Part shown: in pieces, positions 1-7,580 of the stretch | How the letters are laid out: every line of letters starts with the position of its first letter | Numbering within the stretch: position 1 is the first letter of the stretch | Source: an uncultured Dehalococcoidales bacterium | GTDB taxonomy: Bacteria > Chloroflexota > Dehalococcoidia > Dehalococcoidales > JAUYDJ01 | NCBI GenBank assembly: GCA_964343135.1 | Contig: CAYFGR010000001.1 | Span: 1 to 44,943 of the forward strand | Direction of reading: 5' to 3' | Length of the DNA: 44,943 bases | Made by a program: the position numbers and the translations under genes | The notes under the pieces: model-generated | Database searches by the model: none | What the model saw: only the letters and a program-made list of their open reading frames with translations | Told to the model about the DNA's origin: nothing

Positions 1-466
1 CCAGACTTATTGAGCTTTCGGAGATAAGGGAGAAATACTTGATTTCCATTGGGCTGAAAGCATGGAGGTGAAGCTCAGGGTAAGCCGCTTTGATTGCCGT
101 CAACATCTCCAGAATGTAGGCAAAGCGTAACCCGGACATGATACCCCCCTGCAGGCATACTTCTGTGATACCCGGTGTTGAGGCAATTTTGTCTAATATC
201 TCGTCTATGGTTAAGATAAAGCTATCCGCTTCGGCGCCGTTGCGCCGGAAACCACAGAAGAGGCAATTGTTCCGGCAGATATTGGTGTAGTTGATATTCC
301 GATTGTGAACAAAGGTTACTGTATCACCATTGACCTCACGGTTTAGGTTATCGGCGAGCGCCAGTATTTCATCGCCGTGATTTACGGCTTCCATCAAGTG
401 TAGAAGTTCCTCGGAAGCAAGTTCTTTGCCTTTGGCGACTTCACTGAGTATAGTATTGATATTCAT
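1..466 (-). CDS. cofH: FO synthase subunit 2 (CofH-type radical SAM), N-terminal part; gene continues past the left edge
   Basis: Hand translation of the minus strand from ATG 466..464 gives MNINTILSEVAKGKELASEELLHLMEAVNHGDEILALADNLNREVNGDTVTFVHNRNINYTNICRNNCLFCGFRR..., with radical-SAM Cx3Cx2C (CRNNCLFC). It is missing from the ORF track only because it is open at the window edge. It overlaps the cofG stop by 26 nt. CofH versus MqnE paralogy is resolved only by the cofG/E/C/D context. Confidence 0.75.
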   Translation of the reverse strand, partial: MNINTILSEVAKGKELASEELLHLMEAVNHGDEILALADNLNREVNGDTVTFVHNRNINYTNICRNNCLFCGFRRNGAEADSFILTIDEILDKIASTPGITEVCLQGGIMSGLRFAYILEMLTAIKAAYPELHLHAFSPMEIKYFSLISESSISL

Positions 467-1427
467 GGTTACTCTGTACCCATTTTTCAATGACCCGGCC
501 GACCTCCGGGGAAAACCACCCCTGCCGGTAATACTTTGGATAAATGGGGAGCCGTTTTCTCAGCCGGTATTTTTTTTGTTTCAGGATTTCGGTTATTGTT
601 TCAATGGAGGGCCAGGGGTATCCCCGGTTTACCAGGTCGGTTTCGATGCTGATACCGCCTAAATCATCAAAGCCTAGAGCCAGTAAATCCGCCCAACTTG
701 GATTTAAGTTGGGCGGGATTTGCAGAGATACCTCCGGTAATATTTCCCGGGCAAGGTCAATTAGCTCCTTCAGTTCCCCCGGTGATATTTTATGTGCTGG
801 TAGCGGCGAGCGGCGGTTGGGCACGTAGTTTTGCAGGATTATCTCCTGTATATGGCCGTAGATTTTACCGCAATCGGTAATCGCCTGGATTGACCGGAGG
901 CGGTCTTTTTGAGTTTCCCCTAGTCCAATCAATATGCCGGTAGTAAAAGGGATCTCTAACTGACCGGCCCATGCCAGGTTCTGGAGGCGATGGGCAAATT
1001 TTTTTTGCGGGTGAACGGCGGCACCCAGTCTGCCGTAGTCGCCTTCCATCATTAACCCCATGGAGGCGGAAACCCCCTTAAGTTCTTGTAGACCGGTAAA
1101 ACTGAGCACTCCGATGTTGATGTGGGGCAGGAGATTCAGACCAAGTAGATATTCCGCCGCCTTTCTTGTCCCGGCAACCAGAGAAACCAGCCCCAATGAT
1201 TTCAAGGACTCTTTTACTGGTGGCACACGGTCAGCGTTTTCCCCGGACATCAGCAAGACCTCGGATATATCTTTGCTGCGGGCACGTATGGCGATGGTTT
1301 GTATTTTGGCAAAGGGGAGAAGACCACCCCCGTCTTCCCGGAAACCGCAGTACCGGCAACGGTTGGTACAGGCACGGGTAAGGGCGATGGTTATTGACGG
1401 AGAGTAGGTTACTACCTTCTTGTTCAT
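441..1427 (-). CDS. cofG: FO synthase subunit 1 (CofG-type radical SAM)
   Basis: 328-aa ORF with N-terminal Cx3Cx2C (CTNRCRYCGF). Contains LLPHINIGVLS and IPFTTGILIGLGE blocks as I remember them from CofG / the FbiC N-terminal half. Flanked by cofH and cofE. Confidence 0.8.
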   Translation of the reverse strand: MNKKVVTYSPSITIALTRACTNRCRYCGFREDGGGLLPFAKIQTIAIRARSKDISEVLLMSGENADRVPPVKESLKSLGLVSLVAGTRKAAEYLLGLNLLPHINIGVLSFTGLQELKGVSASMGLMMEGDYGRLGAAVHPQKKFAHRLQNLAWAGQLEIPFTTGILIGLGETQKDRLRSIQAITDCGKIYGHIQEIILQNYVPNRRSPLPAHKISPGELKELIDLAREILPEVSLQIPPNLNPSWADLLALGFDDLGGISIETDLVNRGYPWPSIETITEILKQKKYRLRKRLPIYPKYYRQGWFSPEVGRVIEKWVQSNHEYQYYTQ

Positions 1428-1440
1428 TAGAAATTGCTAC

Positions 1441-2205
1441 CTAACGGAATAAATCTTCGTCTGCCGGACGAATGAGCTGCTGTCCGGTACCGAACTTGGG
1501 GAAAAGGTCAAGACCCCTGACGATAGCCGCTGGTACTCCCTCGTTGGTTTCCCCCATGACCAGGAGGGCAGACGAGGCTATCTGGTCGGCGATGGCTATT
1601 TTAGTATGGTGCAGTCTATAGTGGTACAGGTCTTCATCCCCTATTCTGCTCACCAGTCCGGCTAAGCCGGCATAACCCAGTGCCACCCCGACACTTCCCA
1701 TACGGAAGGGTCGGCCCTGGGAATCGCAAATCAACACGGCGATATTAACTTTAAGGTTTTCCCGGATACGATTACGAATCACCCCGGCGGTTCTATCCGG
1801 GTCTTCGGGAAGTATGGTGACGTTATCCCCGGGCACGTTAGAGAAGTCTACTCCGGCATCGGCACAAATCCAGCCCTTTTTTTGCTCGGTAATGAGGACG
1901 TCGCGTCTCTTTCTGACCACTCGTCTTGACTCTTTCAGGATAAGATGAACGATTCGGGGGTCTTTCCCAACTTCTCCAGCCAGTTTCTGCGCTTCATGAG
2001 ACGGCGTGACATCATTTAAATCTACCATGTTCCCTTCTGACTTGGAGACTATTTTCTGAGAAATTACCAGGATATCATTGTCCTCTAATTTCTCGCCGGA
2101 ACTGCTTAAACCGTTTATTATGAGAGAGGTCAGGTCGTCACCTCTCTTTACTAACGGCAGATTGAGTAAAGGGATGATTGATACTTTAGTTATGGTTTGA
2201 GGCAT
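1441..2205 (-). CDS. cofE: Coenzyme F420-0:L-glutamate ligase (CofE)
   Basis: The track ORF is 1441..2253. I prefer ATG at 2205 (MPQTITKVSIIPL...), which overlaps the cofC stop by 16 nt. The upstream 16 codons lie inside cofC. Family-like blocks: ILVISQKIVSKSEG, ICADAGVDFSN, GETNEGVP. Confidence 0.8.
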   Translation of the reverse strand: MPQTITKVSIIPLLNLPLVKRGDDLTSLIINGLSSSGEKLEDNDILVISQKIVSKSEGNMVDLNDVTPSHEAQKLAGEVGKDPRIVHLILKESRRVVRKRRDVLITEQKKGWICADAGVDFSNVPGDNVTILPEDPDRTAGVIRNRIRENLKVNIAVLICDSQGRPFRMGSVGVALGYAGLAGLVSRIGDEDLYHYRLHHTKIAIADQIASSALLVMGETNEGVPAAIVRGLDLFPKFGTGQQLIRPADEDLFR

Positions 2206-2834
2206 GAGTTGAACTCCACAAGTTTTGTCGGTAATATCGATTGGTACTGCCAAGGGGAGTCCAGGTCAAAACCGGTTCCGGCAGACCGGTAAATTCGGCT
2301 TTTAATGTTCCTGTCGCTGAACTGCTGGCAGTGGCACTGGAAGCTACTCAACCCAAATTGATACGCCATTATGCCGGGCGGTTTAACCAGCAGGGCATTG
2401 GTGCCCCGCATTTCCTGATCCGGGGCAATGACCACGATTTTTTCCATTCCGTGAGATATTCTGAGTATGGAATCGATATCTTCGCTTATCAGTAAAGGTA
2501 GGTCTAGCGGTAAAATTAAAATTGCCGAATACTGGTATTCTACTGACCACCGGGTGGCCTGCTCCAGGGCTTGGTTTAGTTCTGCCCCCCGTTCGGAGAG
2601 AAACCGCACGTTTTCGCTGAGTGCCAGCGCACAAATTTTTTTATCCCGGCTGACCAGCAGGATATCATCGATGCCCCGGGCTGTTTTTAGAATCCTGATA
2701 GTTCGCCGGAGTAAATGAGACGTCAACGACTCTCGCTGTTGCCGGTTTATCGCCGGCGATAGCCTTGATTTGGACTGGTTTAGATTTTTTACGGGCAGTA
2801 TGGCTAGCGTTTTCAAGATAACTATCCTCGCCAT
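2190..2834 (-). CDS. cofC: 2-phospho-L-lactate / PEP guanylyltransferase (CofC/FbiD)
   Basis: 214-aa ORF with N-terminus LAILPVKNLNQSKSRL, typical of CofC-type nucleotidyltransferases. Located between cofD and cofE, with a 13-nt overlap on the cofD stop. Confidence 0.75.
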   Translation of the reverse strand: MARIVILKTLAILPVKNLNQSKSRLSPAINRQQRESLTSHLLRRTIRILKTARGIDDILLVSRDKKICALALSENVRFLSERGAELNQALEQATRWSVEYQYSAILILPLDLPLLISEDIDSILRISHGMEKIVVIAPDQEMRGTNALLVKPPGIMAYQFGLSSFQCHCQQFSDRNIKSRIYRSAGTGFDLDSPWQYQSILPTKLVEFNSCLKP

Positions 2835-3781
2835 TTTGCGTAGATATCATATATCTTCCTTGATAATTGTACACTGTTTTCGCTGTCTTTCATAATGGTC
2901 TCCACGGTAACGGCAGCTATACCGATCTGCTCAATCGACTCCCTTTCGCCCTCGTCCTCGGTGTGGATAAGAAGGACGTCAATCAGTCCGGCATAGAATC
3001 GAGCCAGACCGCCGGATGACCCATCTAACCCCCTGGCTTCCATCAGTTCTTTCGCCGGCCCGGATATGGCTCTGCCGCCTTTGAAAGGCGAAACGGCAAG
3101 CTTAAAGGCAGATGAGGCGGCAACCAGCGGCTTTATTCCCATGAGGCTAAGTATCGGCAGAATACTCGCGATAGGATTGGACGGGGCAAAAATGAGAAGG
3201 TCGGCACTGGTAATGGCGTCGGTCACTTCCATTGTGGGGCGGGCTTTGGTGATACCTTTGAATGTGACCTGCCTGATATTTACCCGTTGCTGTTCCCGGA
3301 CAAAGTATTCCTGAAACGGAATCGTTCCGCTATCTGTCCCGATAAAGGTCTCCACTGTCTGGTCGGTCATGGGTAGAATACGGGCGGAAATATCCAGCTT
3401 TCGGGACAGATATGATGTCACCTGAGTCAGCGTTTTCCCTGCCCGCAGCATTCTGGTTCTCAGAATGTGAGTGGCAAAGTCCCGGTCTCCCAGTTGGAAC
3501 CAGGTAGTTTCGCCATATTGGGCCAACTGGCCGAGGCACCGGAAGGAATCATCGTTTATGCCCCACCCCCTGCCCGCGCCCGATAGACCGGCAAGAGTGT
3601 ACATTATCGTGTCCAGGTCGGGCGATACGTGGAGACCGTAGAATTCGGTATCGTCGGCGGTATTGGTGATGATGTTTATCCGGCATCCGGGATACGCCCG
3701 GGTAACGCCGCGCGCCAGCTTAGCGCCGCCGACACCGCCACAAATTAGGGTAATTGTTTTACAGAATGAGTCTGATTTCAT
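2822..3781 (-). CDS. cofD: LPPG:FO 2-phospho-L-lactate transferase (CofD/FbiA)
   Basis: 319-aa ORF with N-terminal ITLICGGVGGAKLARG glycine-rich motif and overall CofD-like length. Start overlaps the nitroreductase stop by 23 nt. Confidence 0.85.
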   Translation of the reverse strand: MKSDSFCKTITLICGGVGGAKLARGVTRAYPGCRINIITNTADDTEFYGLHVSPDLDTIMYTLAGLSGAGRGWGINDDSFRCLGQLAQYGETTWFQLGDRDFATHILRTRMLRAGKTLTQVTSYLSRKLDISARILPMTDQTVETFIGTDSGTIPFQEYFVREQQRVNIRQVTFKGITKARPTMEVTDAITSADLLIFAPSNPIASILPILSLMGIKPLVAASSAFKLAVSPFKGGRAISGPAKELMEARGLDGSSGGLARFYAGLIDVLLIHTEDEGERESIEQIGIAAVTVETIMKDSENSVQLSRKIYDIYAKWRG

Positions 3782-4424
3782 CGAGTTGAAGCCTGGGTGG
3801 TTCCGGTGGATTTTCCGCCGGGTATCCCAGAGTTACTAAAGCCTGTGGGATGTTACAGGTGGGGAGAGACAGCACGCTTTTTACCGTTTCCGGGCAGAAA
3901 AGTGGGGCGCAGTACCAGCAGCCACCAAGACCAACCGCCCGGGCGGCGAGCAGGAGGTTCTGAATGGCGGCGGCCAGTGATTGTGTTGCCATGGTTAATT
4001 CCGCCTGCTGGCGTGTTGTATCCGGGTATCTGTCCATTCCGGTCATGTCAACGGCGGCAATAATTATAACGGGAGCCTGCCAAAACAGGCGGATTGAACG
4101 CCTTATTCTTCCGGTTATCACTTTCCCGGGGACTCCATTTTTCTCTATGTCCTGGCGGAATTTTGCCGCCATCTGCTTAATTAGCTCGGATTTTTTCCGG
4201 GCATCCTGAATAATATAGAAACGCCAGGGCTGGGCATTATGTGCCGAAGGGGTGCAGGCAGCGCTGCGGATAATGCGGTCTATTTCCGACGGGTCGGGCT
4301 GCCTCTGGCGGTATTTGCGTACCGACCGTCGTTTCTCAATTAGGCTTAGCAAATCGTCCTGCCTGGCTGGTGGTTCTGAATTTGTGGGAGCGTGTGATGA
4401 TTGCCGCACCGGGCACATAACCAC
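3759..4424 (-). CDS. Nitroreductase-family flavoprotein; candidate stand-alone homologue of the FbiB C-terminal (dehydro-F420-0 reductase) domain
   Basis: 221-aa ORF. RRSVRKY...PSAHNAQPWRF is the classic nitroreductase-fold signature. GGAGGTGG RBS lies just upstream of ATG 4424. The functional call rests on position directly upstream of, and overlapping, cofD. Confidence 0.7.
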   Translation of the reverse strand: MVMCPVRQSSHAPTNSEPPARQDDLLSLIEKRRSVRKYRQRQPDPSEIDRIIRSAACTPSAHNAQPWRFYIIQDARKKSELIKQMAAKFRQDIEKNGVPGKVITGRIRRSIRLFWQAPVIIIAAVDMTGMDRYPDTTRQQAELTMATQSLAAAIQNLLLAARAVGLGGCWYCAPLFCPETVKSVLSLPTCNIPQALVTLGYPAENPPEPPRLQLDEIRLIL

Positions 4425-4512
4425 CTCCGTAAACTCCTCTAAAAGGACTAACAGTTTAATCCCTCTAGTGTATCCATTTTATTTTCACTAAACAGGCGAG
4501 AGGTTGATGAAC

Positions 4513-5697
4513 TCAGGTTTTCAGCAGCCCCCTGTCCAGTGTGGTCAGATAGCGAAAGCCGTCATCAGTCACCACAATGGTGTCTTCGACCTGGAAACCA
4601 CCCAGTCCCAGTTCATAATAGGGTGGTTCAACATTAATTACCATGCCGGCTTCCAGGATGATATCTGAGTCAGGGTTGATGGAAGGGGGTTCGTATAATT
4701 CGGTACCTATGCCGTGTCCGATATGGGTTCGCCGGTAGTCAGGGATACCTTTCCGGGCGGCTTTCACGGCGGCGTTAAAAAGCTCGGATACGCGGGTGCC
4801 CGGCCGAGTGATGTTAAGGGCCGCTTCCTGCGCTTCCCAGATTGCCTGATAGCGCTGCCGGTGGAGTTCAGAGGGCTGGCCGAAGTAGGCAGTTCGGGCA
4901 ATATCAGCGAAGTAGCCATTATAAATGCAGCCGATGTCGTATCGAATCAGGCTGTTGCGGGTGAGCCGTTTTGCGGCGGATGGCGCTACCTGGTTATAGA
5001 AGCTCTCGGCACCAAAGTAGAGCGCGGTGAACACTGGAATTCCGCCTCTTTCAAAAACCGTCTTCTCAGACAAATTCTGGAAGTCTTTTTCGGATACCCC
5101 TTCGGCAGCCAGTTTCAAAGAGGTCTCCAGACCCACCTCCAGCGCCCTGACCGCTGCTTCCATGATTTCTACTTCTTCCGGCGTTTTCACCATCCTGATT
5201 TCACGTAAAATATCAAAGGCGTCCACCACATCAGCCGCCGGTAGGCGGCTGGCGAATTTGTGATATGGCTTGGGCAGGAAATAGCTTTCATCGAGACCAA
5301 TTCTCTTGCCCGCCAGTCCGAGTTTATTCAGTACAGAGATAACCGCTTCCAGAGCCGTCGGGAGGACGGTACTGTCGATACTTTTTACTTTCACCCACCG
5401 GTCTCGTTCACACAGTTCTATGCCGGGTGAAGAATAGTAAATGAACTGTCCGAAGGGCACAATTTCATCCACGTAAGGTAGCATGTCAACCGCCAGTTCC
5501 ATGTCGATTACGGGCGCGATTAATGTCGGCTTGGTACCGGGCTGATTCGGTAAAACGACATAGGCTTCGGTGCCGGGGATGTGTTTATGCATGAAGCTTT
5601 CGTAATTACATAGGTATTTCAGGTTTGACGGTTTGCTGGCAATCAAAGCGTCAATATGATGCCGATCCATTACTTGAAGCGCCCGTTCCCTGTTCAA
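4513..5697 (-). CDS. M24-family metallohydrolase (Xaa-Pro peptidase / creatinase-like, with creatinase-type N-domain)
   Basis: The track ORF is 4513..5799, but its first 34 codons overlap the LLM gene end. TTG at 5697 is preceded by AAGAGGGG with a 6-nt spacer. The C-terminal half has M24 pita-bread-like blocks (YDIGCIYNGYFADIART, HIGHGIGTELYEPP, GMVINVEP, VEDT). Confidence 0.75.
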   Translation of the reverse strand: MNRERALQVMDRHHIDALIASKPSNLKYLCNYESFMHKHIPGTEAYVVLPNQPGTKPTLIAPVIDMELAVDMLPYVDEIVPFGQFIYYSSPGIELCERDRWVKVKSIDSTVLPTALEAVISVLNKLGLAGKRIGLDESYFLPKPYHKFASRLPAADVVDAFDILREIRMVKTPEEVEIMEAAVRALEVGLETSLKLAAEGVSEKDFQNLSEKTVFERGGIPVFTALYFGAESFYNQVAPSAAKRLTRNSLIRYDIGCIYNGYFADIARTAYFGQPSELHRQRYQAIWEAQEAALNITRPGTRVSELFNAAVKAARKGIPDYRRTHIGHGIGTELYEPPSINPDSDIILEAGMVINVEPPYYELGLGGFQVEDTIVVTDDGFRYLTTLDRGLLKT

Positions 5698-5746
5698 ATG
5701 ATTCCCCTCTTTGCGGTATGAAATGAATAAATCTGGTGGCGGCGGC

Positions 5747-6757
5747 CTATTTTTTAAAAGCCGACAGCACGTCCCTGGCGAATATTTCCATCTGTTCAAA
5801 GAACTCTTCGACGGTGTCCACCGGCCAGAGCAGTCCGGTGATGTGGGTTACCCCGGCGACCTCATAGCTTTTAATCTTTTTAATAATGTCGGCGGCATTG
5901 CCAATGATATTGAATTCATCCACATTAAGGATATCATCCCCTTTAAGTGTCGACTTTTTCAGGGAAACGACGTGTTCATAAAGCCCCGATTTTTCAAAAA
6001 CCCCGGTCGCTTCCTGTTTGTTTTTACCCATGCTGATAAAAAGCTGGGGGGCAATGTCAATCTCACTGAGTTGCCGGCCTTCTTTTTCCAGGTAGCCGGA
6101 CAGCCGAACCAGCCGGTCCTTAATCGCCTGTGGCGACAGGCAGGCGGGGAACCACCCCTGACCGTGTTTGGCGGTGCGTTCCAGGGCTTTCTCGGAATTC
6201 CCGCCGATATAAATCGGCAGCGGATTTTGGACTGGTTTCGGGTACGTTTTCAGGCTTTCAAACTGGAAAAACTCTCCGGAGAAGCTGGCTCTGTCCTCGG
6301 TGAAAAGTATTCTCAGGCATTCCAGAGCCTCGTCGACAATTCTGGCTCTGGGTTTGTCCTTCCAGTAGGGATGGACGGCGTCAAATTCTTCGCGGTAGGC
6401 GCCAATGCCAACGCCGAGAATAAACCTGCCTCCGGAAATCTGGTCCAGAGTAGCTGCCTGCTTGGCGAGCAGCACCGGCTCGCGGTAGGGCAATGGCACC
6501 AGTCCGGTGCAGAGTAGAATCCGTTTGGTAATACCGGTGGCAGCCGCCAGGGTCACGATTGATTCATAATGGTTGGGTGGGGTTTTTGCCTTAGCCTCTA
6601 CGTATTTCTGGATGGTCATATGGTCGTTGGGCCAGACCGAGTCGTAACCAAGCTCTTCAGCCCTTTTGACCATCTCAACGAGCTGCCTGGGTGAGGCGAA
6701 CGGGGCGGGATACACCAGGCCTTCGTAACCGGTTATTAGACCAATGCCAAATTTCAT
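5747..6757 (-). CDS. LLM-class (luciferase-like) flavin/F420-dependent oxidoreductase
   Basis: 336-aa ORF, MKFGIGL...ELGYDSVWPNDHM...GGRFILGVGIGA, typical of luciferase-like monooxygenase-fold enzymes. The F420 context suggests F420 dependence (inference). Confidence 0.75.
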   Translation of the reverse strand: MKFGIGLITGYEGLVYPAPFASPRQLVEMVKRAEELGYDSVWPNDHMTIQKYVEAKAKTPPNHYESIVTLAAATGITKRILLCTGLVPLPYREPVLLAKQAATLDQISGGRFILGVGIGAYREEFDAVHPYWKDKPRARIVDEALECLRILFTEDRASFSGEFFQFESLKTYPKPVQNPLPIYIGGNSEKALERTAKHGQGWFPACLSPQAIKDRLVRLSGYLEKEGRQLSEIDIAPQLFISMGKNKQEATGVFEKSGLYEHVVSLKKSTLKGDDILNVDEFNIIGNAADIIKKIKSYEVAGVTHITGLLWPVDTVEEFFEQMEIFARDVLSAFKK

Positions 6758-6841
6758 AAATATCTCCTAAGAAGTTTTTTGGTTTATGAATTTCGTTAAC
6801 CTGGAACCGGCGAGTTTTCCGGTAAATTTGAATATCTTATA

Positions 6842-7492
6842 TCAGACAAATTTGATACTGGTATTTCGCTTCAAGCCATGTTGCTTAAGGTTCAGAATTA
6901 AGGGGACAATCGGCTCAACCATTGTGGAAACTTCCAGTGGGCCGGCATCTATCGGATTAAGTTGCTCAATTTCCCTGATTAAACTGATTACGGTGTCTTT
7001 AGCTTCAGAATCATCACCGCAAACCGGCACGTCCCCCTCCAGAACCGTGTCCGGTTTTTGTAATCGGTGGGCTGGGATAGTATGCAGCGCCGCGACAACG
7101 GCGGAATCCGGCAGCATTTTTTGCACCAGTAGCGCTACACTTCCCTCCGGAGGCGGTACGTATTGAAAACTCTGACCCTTTGTTAGGGCGACAATCGGGG
7201 ATATCACAATTTTATGGCGCAACTGGTCGTCGAGTTCGGTAAGTAGCGACGTCACGTGCTCAAATTTAACGGAAAGGACAACTACGTCACTATTAACAAT
7301 GGCGTTATGGTTACTGGTACCAACGAGGCTAGTATCAACACCATACTTCTGCAGTTCAAGTTGGTAATCCTTAGCCTTTTCTTTTCCTCTCTCTGAGTAC
7401 CGGGAACCAATATAAATTTTGTGATTCCGTACCCACCGGTACGCCAGCCCCTTGCCGAAGTTGCCGGTAGCCCCAACAATTCCAATTTTCAT
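6842..7492 (-). CDS. npdG: NADPH-dependent F420 reductase (NpdG/Fno-like)
   Basis: 216-aa ORF with N-terminal Rossmann motif MKIGIVGATGNFGKGLA. Length and layout match NpdG-type F420:NADP oxidoreductases. Located in the F420 block. Confidence 0.7.
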   Translation of the reverse strand: MKIGIVGATGNFGKGLAYRWVRNHKIYIGSRYSERGKEKAKDYQLELQKYGVDTSLVGTSNHNAIVNSDVVVLSVKFEHVTSLLTELDDQLRHKIVISPIVALTKGQSFQYVPPPEGSVALLVQKMLPDSAVVAALHTIPAHRLQKPDTVLEGDVPVCGDDSEAKDTVISLIREIEQLNPIDAGPLEVSTMVEPIVPLILNLKQHGLKRNTSIKFV

Positions 7493-7542
7493 GGCTGATA
7501 TCTCAAACAGTAGCTAATTATAATTACCTTTCGTTCGATAAT

Positions 7543-7571
7543 AAACTATCATTTCCCTCATACCTTGTCAA
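7543..7571 (-). promoter_or_regulatory. Sigma70-like promoter candidate for the npdG-like gene: TTGACA-17-TAGTTT
   Basis: The minus strand reads TTGACAaggtatgagggaaatgaTAGTTT, with -35 at 7571..7566 and -10 at 7548..7543. It sits in the 88-nt gap after the OYE gene stop. Confidence 0.4.
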
Positions 7572-7580
7572 TATCGCTTC

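Noticed and set aside
5711-6517. 268-aa plus-strand ORF antisense to the LLM oxidoreductase. Similar long antisense ORFs occur at 8844..9584, 4714..5208, 7753..8193 and 33788..34213.
   Set aside because: All lie entirely inside strongly supported genes on the other strand. Their products are Gly/Arg/Pro-rich and low-complexity, with no RBS. These are typical shadow ORFs of GC-rich coding DNA.
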